A stretch of 64,000 nt of DNA from Heteronotia binoei. Its lineage: Eukaryota. The notes below the pieces were generated by a model. That model was not told the origin of the DNA, did no database searches, and saw only the letters and a program-made list of their open reading frames with translations. The stretch is taken from the NCBI RefSeq assembly GCF_032191835.1, contig NC_083225.1, positions 149,544,001-149,608,000 of the forward strand, in the 5' to 3' direction. Numbering within the stretch: position 1 is the first letter of the stretch; every line of letters starts with the position of its first letter. Positions 1 through 17,300 of the stretch are shown here, piece after piece. Position numbers and translations under genes: made by a program.

Positions 1-171
1 TTGCATATCTGTTTCCTGTGCCCCCACACACTCGCCTTCTATTTTTCCCCCTCACACTATTATTCCTCTGGTCTTCTGCACATGTTTTTTCCTATGCTTA
101 TACCACTTATCTTCTACACACAACTTCTTAAAGTGACTTTACATACTCCCACATTCTTGCAAAGGGATGGC

Positions 172-335
172 TTCCAGGTAGCCAGCGTGGTATAATAGTT
201 ACTGCATCAGGCCAGGATCAGGGAAACCCAGGTGTGAATTCTAGGAAAACTCACCGGGTGGCCTTGGACCAGTCAACCTTTTTACACCTTAACCTACCTC
301 ACAGTATTGTTGTGAAGATGAAATGGAGGGAAGAG
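172..335 (+). mobile_element. tRNA-derived CORE/MIR-like SINE
   Basis: Degenerate A/B-box head, then the CORE-like segment ccttaacctacctcacagtattgttgtgaagatgaaatgg. Confidence 0.6.
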
Positions 336-711
336 CAACTGGGTCTCTACTGGGGTGGAAAGCAGGAACATCACCTGCTAGAGTTACATATAACGATCAC
401 ATCTGGTAACAAGTAAAACAAACCTCACAGTGATCCACTTTACTGTAAGAAAATTAGTATACAATTCTATCAAACTGGACATCTGGCAACCTTAGCCCTC
501 ATCTTTGGATAAGGGCCTAGTATAAACCCAAGCTGGGAGACTGAGGTCTAAGCCTACCGCCCCCTTTGTCATCTCCCAGAAAAGCGCTGTGTATATGTCA
601 TATGCTTTAGTAGGACTAGAAACAGGTTCTAAGCTGAGCACCAGACTTATCTCAAACTCCCCCATCCCATAAACTCTGAATTTATTGAAATATTTTTATG
701 TATGAAGATGA

Positions 712-970
712 TATTGGATTTATACCCTGCCCTACACTCTGAATCTCAGAGAGGCTTACAATCTCCTTTACCTTCCCGCCCCCACAACAGACACCTGTGA
801 GGTAGGTGGGGCTGACAGAGCTCTCCCAGAAGCTGCCCTTTCAACGACAGCTCTGTGAGAGCTATGGCTGACTCAAGGCCATTCCAGCAGCTGCAAGTGG
901 AGGAGTGGGTAATCAAACTCAGTTCTTCCAGGTAAGAGTCTTCACACTTAACCACTACACCAAACTGGCT
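712..970 (-). mobile_element. Squamate tRNA-derived SINE (Squam-type)
   Basis: Reverse complement begins gccagtttggtgtagtggttaagtgtgaagactcttacctgg. A related copy lies at about 15140-15410 (+). Confidence 0.7.
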
Positions 971-2052
971 GTATAAAAGGTAGGGAGTCTTAGGATGTGC
1001 ACACACACTTCCCCACAGTAGTCAGCAGTGAAGCTAGAAAACAAGGAAATTCTGTTTGCCAGCTCCAGGTTGGGAAATACGTGGAGATTTTGGGGGTTGA
1101 GCCTGAGAAGGTCAGGGTTTGGGATAGGGAGGGACTTTAATTGGGATATTGCCATCAAGACAAGCTTCTAAAGTAGCCATTTTCTTCAGGTGAACTGATC
1201 TCTGTTTTCTGGAGATCAGTTGTACTAGTAGGAGATCTCCAGCTACCACCTGGAGGTTGGCAATACTAACAGTTCTAGAATCTCTGATCTGTAGAAGGGC
1301 CTGGGCCAGCAGCAGCTTGTACAAAATGCTGCTTATTCAATGGTTGACTTCAGTAACCCTCATAAGATTTTGACACCCAAAGAGACAGGGAAATACATTG
1401 GCATACATTTCTTTTTAAACTTGATATTCTGCAATTTAGTTTCAAACCCTTCCCCACATAACAGCTCCGTAACAACCCACTTCCTGGCTCCCAAGACCCC
1501 ACAGGGTTCTGATCATTACTTTCTTAACCCCACCTTGGCTTGGGCCAAAGGACCTTCTCTTGATGTACTGGCTCTACGCTTCCCTCCCCTGCCCCCCCCC
1601 CCCGGCATAGGTAGGAAGATGAACACCACAGCAGTCTACCAGTCACTCATTTTATCTCTGCTTGAGAACCCAGCACAGGCAACAGGTAAGGACTGAGAAA
1701 GGGGGAAAGGGTGCGGTTATTGTGTTCAAGACTGAGGGATGAAACTAGGAAAGGATTCAGGTGATTGCTAATGGTACAGATTCTTGAACAGCAGGTCTGA
1801 GAATTTGCATTTAGTTTTCAAATTTACGAATGTACAGGTTTTTTAACTGATTCATCTGTGCTCTCACTGTTCCAACCTTGAGAAAGGTAATTTATTATGA
1901 ATAAACGACCTTATGCCCAGATGAAATCTTAGAAACAGGAATGAAGAGAACAGTTTTGAAACAAATGTTCTCTGGAAAATTGCATTCAGTGCTCAAAGGT
2001 ATCTACATCATACCTTCAGAGGAAACAAACTGGATTGTCTTCACAAAGACAC

Positions 2053-2320
2053 CTGCAGGGAGCTGTTCCTGTTGGCAGCAAAGGATAGGAATCTTAATAA
2101 TGGATTTAAATTAAGGATGGTAAGGTATCGACTGGATATTAGGAAAAACTTTTTTACAGTTAGAGTTGTTCAACACTGGAATCAGCTACCCAGGGAGATG
2201 GTGAACTCCCCCTTGCTGGCAATCTTTAAGCAGCGGCTGGACGAACACTTGTCAGGGATGCTGTGTTGGGCAGGGGTTGGACTAGATGGCCTGTATAGCT
2301 CCTTCCAACTCTATGATTCT
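2053..2320 (+). mobile_element. CR1 LINE 3' fragment
   Basis: RT C-terminal peptide RLDIRKNFFTVRVVQHWNQLPREMV and CR1 3' end ccaactctatgattct. Confidence 0.85.
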
Positions 2321-4102
2321 ACCTTATCTTCTCTGAAAGCACTTTGGCGAGAATCTTAGAGCTTGTATTTTACCTTTTAAACTGCAGATAGATAGAATAC
2401 AAGCTTGCACGTATATTTTTATTTCTAATTTCATTGATATATGTGTATACTTTTTGTGTTGGATTCTTGTATGTTTAATAATTTCAAGAGTGATCAGACT
2501 GCTTTTAAATGTAAAAAATCTTAAAAGATAACAGGGAGTGCTCTTTGTCTTAGATACAAGGTTTTTATTTGACACCGGAACAAATGAACTTCTGACCTCT
2601 TTTCAATCAGAAGACTGATTATCTGTAACAAGATGGGTTATTAGAGACAGTAATTATCTCAGTACAGCCCTGTAGTGGTTAACAAACTGCTTTGGTGCAG
2701 ATAAAGAGACACTTAGTTTCCATGCTGCTAGCAGCCAGACCCCTCCTACAGATGGGCAGTCTTACATGCACCCCTCTTCAATTATCACCCCCAAAATCAT
2801 TTGTACACTGTACAGCTTAGCCTATAAATGGAACCAAGATGGAGGTGAGGCAAACAAAATGAACGCTGGTCAGAGACGAGCCTGAAAAACTATTTTGGGT
2901 CGGTAATTCAGGGAACTGACTTGCTAATATCTCTCTCCTCACCCCAAAAGTGATAATCTCAACAAGGAAAGGCAATACCCTACCTTGACATGACCTCATC
3001 ACATCTGGTCCACATCACTTCCCCTGCCTATCCACCCTAATTAGCAGGCTATTTGTACAGTTCAATAACCTCTCCCATCCTGTATTCAGGGATCATCAGA
3101 GCAACATTATAACTTTTAGTTTACATCCAGCAATCTCATCAAAGAACACTAAGACTTTCACTTTACACCAGGACAGGCTCAAGTGCCATTAGCATTTCTC
3201 ATGCAAATCATTACAGGTTTCCCTTGGTCTTTATCCATCCATGGGAAAACCATCTCCAAACACATTGCTTTCCTCCTAAAAAGCAATTCATGGTATTGTT
3301 TTAGGGGCACACACATCAGACTGCCTTAGGGCTAACTTTTCCTATATCTGAGCACATTTTGTCCAGTGCAGTGTGTGGATGATCTCAGTACTAAACATTG
3401 TACCCCCATGTATTTGCAGGCTTCTTCCATGTCTTCAGGAAACACTAGCCATTTCCCTCGTTGTCTCCCACAAATCTTGACCTCCAGGACCTGGTAAATA
3501 TTGCCCACCCCTAATTACTTCCCTGTCACTTCCTAGAATCATAGAGTTGGAAAGCACCTCCAGGGTCATTTAGTGCAACCCCCTGCACAATGCTGGAACC
3601 TCCCTCACACATATACATCCCCAGTGACCCCTGCTCCTTTTTACTTCCTCTTAGTTTGTGTATTTCCCCCATGTATATATATTTACTCTTTATTCTTTTA
3701 TTAATAATAAATACTTTTCTGGTTTTCCAGCCTGGTTTATTTGAGAGTTCTCAGGGAACAGTCCTTGTAAACATTGATGGAGATCCCCTAGTTACCCCTT
3801 CTCACTGTGTCTCCTTAAAGCTAATTCCTCCATCTAATTAGAAGACAACCCATTTGGGTCTGTTTTGAAGTAATGCTTCCCCTATGGGTGGGATAGTACT
3901 GTGTTATAGAGGCATGGGGCTGGAGAAAGTATGATTTTTTATTTTGTTGAGAAAAGAGTATAAGCTATACCTTACTAATCCTGGTGGAGGTGGGAAGAGC
4001 CATCAAATCACTGCCAACATTGCAATCTCAGAGGGTTTTCGAGGAAAGAGATGAACAGAGGTGGTTTGCTATTGCTTTCTTCTGCATAGCAACTCTGGAC
4101 TT

Positions 4103-4470
4103 CATAAGAACATAAGAGAAGCCATGTTGGATCAGGCTAATGGCCCATCCAGTCCAACACTCTGTGTCACACAGTGGCCAAAACCCAGGTAACATCAAGA
4201 GGTCCACAGTGGGGCCAAACTCCAGAAGCCTCCCTACTGTTGCCTCCCAAGCACTAAAAATACAGGGCATCACTGCCCCAGACATAGTGTTCCATCCATA
4301 CCTTGCAGCTAATAGCTACTGATGGACCTCTACTCCATGTTTATCTAATCCCTTTTTGAATCTATGTTTGTAACCACCACCACCACTTCCTGTGGCAGTA
4401 AATTCCACATGTTAATTTCACATTGGGTGAAGAAATATTTCCTTTTATCAGTTCTAAACCTACTGCTCCT
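4103..4470 (-). mobile_element. CR1 LINE 3' fragment (TTCTTATG-tailed family)
   Basis: aacataagagaagccatgttggatcagg 3' end with an adjacent RT tail. Same family as 7438, 13430, 26370, 34205, 46877 and 57865. Confidence 0.8.
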
Positions 4471-4889
4471 CACAGGTCTCCCATCCAAATAGGGCTACCT
4501 TGAGCTATGCAGGTCAAGACCAATTTTTCTTAGTACATTTCTTCCCACATTGCCACTGACAAAGACATTTAGCAGATGAACACACACCCAAAATTGCAGG
4601 CATTTTATAGGGAAAGAATAATTTACACTGAAATTGTGAACAGAGTTACATCCTTCTAAGCCCAAAAAAATAAAGTTTAGGTCTGTTTAAATTTTCAGCT
4701 GTGTTGGTCCATTACAATTATAATATTAAAACTGTAGGATAATATCTAAGAACAAGCCAAGATATTACAGAAAAATCAGCAAGTTTTGTGTGACTCTTCA
4801 GGTTGGATGGAATGCTGACAAAAGCAGTGCTGCCGGGGGTGGGGCTGGGGGGTGGGGGGAGGTTGGAGGTCTTTGAGGGTGTGCTGAAA

Positions 4890-5321
4890 ACACTGCAGTG
4901 TGGACTGTGGTGCAATTTCTGGAGCACAGAAAACGAAAATTGAGAAAAACCGAGAAAAAATTATTAATCCATATGATTACAGTTGCTAGAATCTTATATG
5001 CAAAATATTGGAAAGTCCCCAAAATTCCTGATAAAGAAGAATTTTTATCGAAGTTATTGGAAGCTGCTGAAATGGATACTTTGACTACAAGGTTAAGAGA
5101 TGGAAATTTGTAGGAGTGTAAAAAGACTTGGGAACCAATATATGTCTGGGCCAAAAGTATGGGAATTGTTATGAGAAAATAGAAATTGTATATAGTAAAG
5201 CCCCCAAACTCCTTGTATAAATGGGTGGAAGGGTGGTGGTGTGGGTGATTGTAGGAATGTCAGTTATGTTTATGTTAGTATGTTGTGTACTTACAATAAA
5301 GTTTAAATTTATTAAAAAAAA
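4890..5321 (+). mobile_element. L1-clade LINE 3' fragment
   Basis: ORF2 C-terminal-type peptide ITVARILYAKYWKVPKIPDKEEF, then a 3' UTR, AATAAA and an A tail near 5315. Confidence 0.75.
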
Positions 5322-6387
5322 GGATCGTTCTCACCCCAATCTCTAAAGCTGCTGACTCCACTGTCCTTTCAAAACACCCTCTCCAGCTTCTAACTCCTTC
5401 TCCCCCACCCACCTGCTTGGCCACTGCTTCTCTCTTCTGACTGACTAGAAGCCAGAGGGAAGTTATAAAAGAACAGCTGAGGTATCATTAATGCATGGGT
5501 GGACATTCCTCCAACCAGTGTCAGTTTGTACACACCACTTTATAAAACATTCCTTAGCAACCTTGATGGAGAAATAAACTGCCAAAGACAGCTGTGGTGC
5601 TGTGAGTGAAAGTAGACTCACTGCGGTCTGAAGAAGACTGGAGCCCTGCAACCACCCAATTCTCCACAGCAAGGCAAGAGACCAAACACACAAAGGTTCC
5701 TCAGGCTGATCCATTGATAAACCAATGGCCATTTAAACAGCCGCTTTTGGGAAGGGCACTCAAAAGGAGAGTAGTACAGGACACCCGTAGCACCTCAAGC
5801 CCTGCAGTACCCAGCACAGCAATCCTTGAAATCTTACCTCACAGTTTTTTGGGGGTTTTTTAAATGCAATTACAATCTAAACTACAACACATTACATAAC
5901 ATTTTGTTACAGGTCCCCACTTGTATATTACAAAAATATAATTGAACATGTTGCAATTTTAAAAGTTTATTTTGAAGAAAAGACCCAGCCAACATGGGAA
6001 GTCAGGCATACCTAAGAGCACTGAAAGACAGACAGTGCAGCTCTATACAGAGTTCTCCAGTCTAAACCCATGAAATCAAATGGGTTTAGAGTAATGTTGC
6101 ACAGGATTGCACTGTAATATACAGTTCAAGCACATATTGACTGCAACCCAACAGATTCTTGCTTTAATATCTAAGTCCCAATGAGTTCAGTGGGTCTTAA
6201 GTAAATACAGAACCAGACATTACAGAAAGATGCTTGACCACCATTGGTTTTAGTAATATACAAATTCAGCTCATACTTTCATTCAAATGTATTGCTTAAA
6301 ATATAGCAATTGATTTGTTCTAGCCTAGCAAATGTATACACTGTAGTACAATGCTGAAGATGGAGCTGTATAAAGAACTTAAACTGA

Positions 6388-6393
6388 TTTATT
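6388..6393 (-). terminator. Candidate polyadenylation signal of GTPBP8 (AATAAA on minus strand)
   Basis: TTTATT on the plus strand, about 80 nt past the GTPBP8 stop codon. Confidence 0.5.
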
Positions 6394-6472
6394 TTGCAAC
6401 CTTTACAGAGTTTTTGAAAAAAAAGAAACAGGGAAGTCCTTCATTCCTTTCAGAGACAGGTAGGAATAACTG

Positions 6473-12347
<5,875 letters not shown>

Positions 12348-13429
12348 CTTCAGTCATAGATCTTCCAAAATGAAGTGATTCATCAGCTAATTCAGAAGTT
12401 TTATCTTAAAAAATGAAACTTTCACTCAGTGCTCTTCAGTTGAAAATGCTGTTCAAAGAGAATGAAGCCTTTTTTTTAAAAAAAAAATAACAATTACAAC
12501 CCCAATTAGTTTTTCTTTTAAACCCCCCCTTCCAATATTTTAAAAATATTGTTTCAAGTGCTTGCAAACTGCCTCAAGCACCTTTGACAGAGGAAGTGGA
12601 GTAGAAAGTTTTAAAGTACATAATAATACATATTAAAGCACTGTGTTCATCTTAGTATGGAGGTTAAGCCACACAAACATTAGGAACCGGATGAAAGGGA
12701 AAATAACTCTAAAAGAGAGAAAGCAACAGCATTCTTATATGAGAACCTAACTTACAAAACGGGGTGGTTCCAGAATAATTTGAAGACTTATTATTTGCAG
12801 GCAGAAAATCCACACTTGTTAAAATAAGATTTACAGCTTTTTTTTTTTTTTTAATAGGTATCAGAACTAAGGTTAGATGTTCCTAAACTATAATGTTACC
12901 TGACTGTTGACTTCATCAGCCCTTAACTCTTTTCATTAAATCAATCCGCAGCCATCAGCATTTTGTCTACTCATGACCACTAACACTGAATAAGGATACC
13001 AGCCTCCAGATGGGATCCGTGGATCTCCTAGATTAGAATTACAGCTCACCTCCAACCTACAGAGGCCAGTCCCCTGGAGAAAACAGATGCTTTGGCCAGC
13101 AGACTCTATGACATTGTATTCCAGTGAGGTCGCTGTCCTCCCCAGGCTTCCATTCAGAAATCCCCAGGAATTTCCCAACCTGGATCCGGCAAACCTACTC
13201 CCCTTTCCCCTGCCGGTGTTGAGGGAAGACCTGTCAACCCTAACACCAACTAAAATTCTTTTCCCACTTATTAGTATATATTTAACGTATAAAGACAAGC
13301 CTCTATAGGTCATCAACAAAGATGGAAGGGGAAATAACAATAGTAGGAAGAGCGGGAAGCCGTCTCTCAAGTAGCTGATGAAGGAAGGTGAACTTAGTGC
13401 AGCTCAAGCCCATCTGGCCTTATTACTGA

Positions 13430-13670
13430 GTAAGTCCCATAAGAACATAAGAGAAGCCGTGTTGGATCAGACCAATGGGTCATCCAGTCCAACACTCTGT
13501 GTCACACCGTGGCCAAAAACCCCAGGAGGTCCAGCAGTGGGGCCAGGACACAAGAAGCCCTCCCACTGTTGCCCCTCCCAAGCACCAAATACAGAGCATC
13601 ACTTGCTCCAGACAGACAGTTTCAACAATATGCTGTAGCTAGTAGCCACTGATGGACCTCTGCTCTGTTC
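13430..13670 (-). mobile_element. CR1 3' fragment (TTCTTATG-tailed family)
   Basis: cataagaacataagagaagccgtgttggatcagaccaatgg matches the other copies. Confidence 0.8.
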
Positions 13671-14330
13671 CATATGCGGCTTTCACGGAATTGTGCACAG
13701 GAACGAAACTCAAACGTACTACATGCCTGCAAACTCACGCTTTTCTGTGCAGCAGACTCCAGGACTCAACCAACAGCAGCGCATGCTCTCAACTCCTTGA
13801 TCCGGAAGCCAAAATAATCGGCCTCCACTCCTTCCTGGACAGATTATACGCTTCGTCCCGGTTATATCTTTGCATTTGCAGTGGAATTTTTTTTAACTTA
13901 AAAAACAACCACCGTGTTCTGTTTACGGCTCTTGCTCATGTTTAGAATGAGCTTTGTCGATTCAGAGAAAGAGGGCAAAATACTTCAGTAGCTCTACTGA
14001 GCATGCTCGGTAGTATTGTGCAGCGAAACGGCTGTCCGAGTTTTAAGGGTCATCTTGGAACGAACGGGAAGGAAGAGGTTTTTCCCTCCGTAGGCACTAA
14101 AAGAAGGAGCTGGAAAGGGCAATGGCGGGACTTCATTTGATTTGAGGAGGCATGCGCAAAATAGACCGGGCATGCTCCGTAGTATCTAGTAGACAGCCTG
14201 TGAACGGGTAGAGGCAGTCAGTCGTGAGGCTAACAGGAAGCTTGGTGGGAAGAGCCAGGAGGGGAGCGCCTCTTGCAGTCATGGCGGATGAAGAGGAAGA
14301 CCCCCCTGTAAGCGGGATGCGCGTTGGCCT
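13640..14330. promoter_or_regulatory. CpG-rich bidirectional promoter of GTPBP8 (-) and TAF13 (+)
   Basis: Local CpG enrichment against a CpG-poor background, between divergently oriented genes. Four GCATGC-core NRF1-like sites at 13779, 13999, 14149 and 14168. Confidence 0.75.
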
Positions 14331-17300
14331 AATGTGAATAGCCCTGCTCAGGATTAGGCAGGCGGTGTTAAAACAGAGGGGCTGGGGAAAAGGAGCTTGG
14401 TTTTATCCTCCGTTGGCAGACCTGCAGGGGTTTCCTGGCTGACGGGCAGAAGTGGGGTGAGAAAGTCAAGGAGCAGGTTAATATCTGACGAGACTCGGAG
14501 GTTCTGCAGTTTCCTTAAAGACCCCTGCACACCCGTGGGCTGGAAGGCCCGTTTCCGATGTTGTTATTGCAAACTGCGAACCAGCTGCAGGGAATCGTCG
14601 GAGGAGGAACTGTTTGGACGTCCCACCTCACCCACGTCCCCCCCCCCCCCCAAAAAAAATCTCAGTAATTTCCCGCGCTCTCTGGAAGTTGAGCAGGCTA
14701 ACTGGTTATTGTTTATTATTAATTTAGTACATTGTTGCCTTGTTCTTCCTCTAAGCCTGGAGCTCAGGGCAGTTTATGTTGTATTCAACCCTCTATTTTA
14801 TCTTCACAGTAAACCTATGAGGTCGTTTAGTCTGAGGGAGAGGTTGGTCAAGGTCACTCAGGCAGCTTCATGGGTCTCCTGCTTGCTCAGATGCTCAGCT
14901 TCTAACCACTATAGCTTACTGGCTCTGCCTGGCTCTGTTTTTCCTGTTCCCTCATTAAGTGATGCTCAGGTTTTCTCAGCATTGTGATACTTCTGGAGCA
15001 TTGCAGAGTTTTAAGGGAGTTGCCCCCTCCACTTCGTTACCTTGCAAAGTCACATCTTTCTGCAAACTGAGGGGATTTTTTTAGTGTCAGCCTAAAGAGA
15101 ATTATATCCTTTTGAGCCCATTGATGTAAGCCTAGCTTAGTACAGTCAGTTTGGTGTAGTTGTTAAGTGTGCAGACTCTTATCTGGGAGAACCTGGTTTT
15201 ATTCCCCACTCCTCCACATGCATCTGCTGATGTGACCTTCAGTCAGTCACAGGTTCTCACAGAGCTGTTCCCCTTAAGAGCAGTTTGTTAGAGCTCTCTC
15301 AGTTCCATCTACCTCACAGTGTGGGTAGGGGATGGGAAAGGAGATTGTATGCCACTCTGAGACTCCTTTGGGTAGTGAAGGGTGGGATATAAATCCAATC
15401 TCTTCTAGATAGAGATACTACTCTTGTATTTTGTATAGCAGACAATACCTTGTGTAATTTTTTGTCATCTGCACAGGGGCCAGTTGGTTTACTGTTGGAT
15501 ATAGCAGTAACAGTCTGGCTTAGTACCATGACTTGGTGTCTGATGGTTTACAGAGTAACAACATAAAAACAGGTCTCTTATCTGAGGCTACTAAAATCCA
15601 AAGTGTGGCAAACTGATCTGTTTATTCATGTAGCTATTTGGTGGTGGAGGTGGTAACTATACTTTTCTGCAGTACCTTTCTCATTAACTGTGGCACACTA
15701 ATCTAGACTGCCTGCACATCTTGTTCATCCTTGTCTTGGATTTTGTTTCTATTTAGTTTGAAGAAGATACTGAGGAAGCTGGTGGAGGCCCAGATGGTGC
15801 ACAGGGCAAAAGGAAACGGTTGTTCTCCAAAGAATGTAGGTTTCTGTTATGTGGCTTACACTGTTCTCCCCTTTCTAAGGCATCTCCCTTCCCCCCCCAA
15901 ATAAACTTGTTGAGTATTGAAGTTACTGAGATATCTCAAGGCATATCTTCTGGCATCACTGTTTTACCACTCTATACTTGTTCTAATGGATAAACCAATA
16001 TAGAAAACTTCTAATGCAGTACACATCTGCTGTCACGTGTGCACGAAAGCGTGGAGAAACACCATTTTAGGTTATGGTTATCTGGGAGTTGGCAGGAAGA
16101 GGCCATCAAACTGGAGTCAGGCTTCGGCCTAGTCTCTTCCTCCTCCCCCCGCTCCCCTCTGGTCTGGAAGCAGCAATTCTGAGGAGGCCTTCAAGAGAGG
16201 CAGGAAGTCTTTCAGGCTGGTCTCCCAGAAGGCTGCAGGCGGGAAAACCAGTTCCTGCACAGGAACTGGGTTTTATATTGGTTTTTGGCAGGAAGCAGGC
16301 AGTTTGATTGGACTGGTGAGTTGGTTCTGAATGGTATGGTCAAGGCCAGTTGTATAGTAGGGAAAGAAGGAGCATTTTTCCCTACATCAATTTATGTCTT
16401 CTGTTCACCTTTTTTAAAAAAATGCCTGTATATAGTTATAAATTTTAAATAAATGTTTTGTCTGTTTAAAAAGGTGTAGTCCCTCTGTACCACCAAGGTT
16501 CCACAACCACCTTAGACCACACTACTGTTAGAGGGACGTTCAGGGAAGGCATACAGTTGGCAAGGGTGCCAATCCTCCAGGGGTCTCCCAAAGAAGGACT
16601 GTGGTCTCTGTGTTAACCAGGTGCTGGGTTGGCAGAGGACCTTGAGGCCACAGAACTGGCAAGGGGGATTGAGAGTCCTGTTCCTCTCAGTCAGGAACCC
16701 CTAAATTGAACAGGTGGTGGCAGCGTGCCCTAGTGGTGGGAAGAAGATAAGCTCCCTTCAGGAGTTGGCAACTCAAAAGGGAGTTGATGGGACCGGGTCT
16801 GGAGGCAGAATCAGGCCAGTTTCACCACACCTTGAATAAAAGTTTGTTGGTCTTAAAGGTGCCACTGGGCTCAAACTATCACAGCTACTCACTTGAATCA
16901 TGCATGCATGTGTGTTGTTCAGTATTTTGTAATTTGATTTGTAGCTTGTTTGCACACTCCTTGAAAAATATTGTTTAAATATGCTAGCAGTGTGAAAACT
17001 AAGCATGGAGTATTTGTGCATGGTATATCATTTGTTTTTGTGCATGCAATATCAATTGATATTTTAGTCACTGAGTGAATGGGCGTGTGTGAACTTAACC
17101 TGGCAGATAGGATTTAAAATAGTCTGTCCTCATACCTGTATTTTTTGGTGCCTGTCATGTTACTCAGGGTTGGTTAGTGTAGTTAGATTTTAGGCAGTTG
17201 CTTTCCAAGTAAAATAGCAACTTGTTTCTCCTCAGATCCAAACAAGCTGGTTTAATATTTAACACCAACTTGATAGAGACATGCAGAACTCTGTACCGGA

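Noticed and set aside
2560-3330. TATA-like and octamer motifs downstream of GTPBP8 suggesting an LTR or promoter
   Set aside because: No termini, TSD or downstream gene could be defined.
12936-13370. 144-aa and 73-aa ORFs upstream of GTPBP8
   Set aside because: They overlap a hAT-type MITE and are spurious.
14397-14987. 196-aa plus-strand ORF
   Set aside because: Starts at TTG in TAF13 intron 1, runs through GC-rich DNA and a SINE, and has no recognisable motif.
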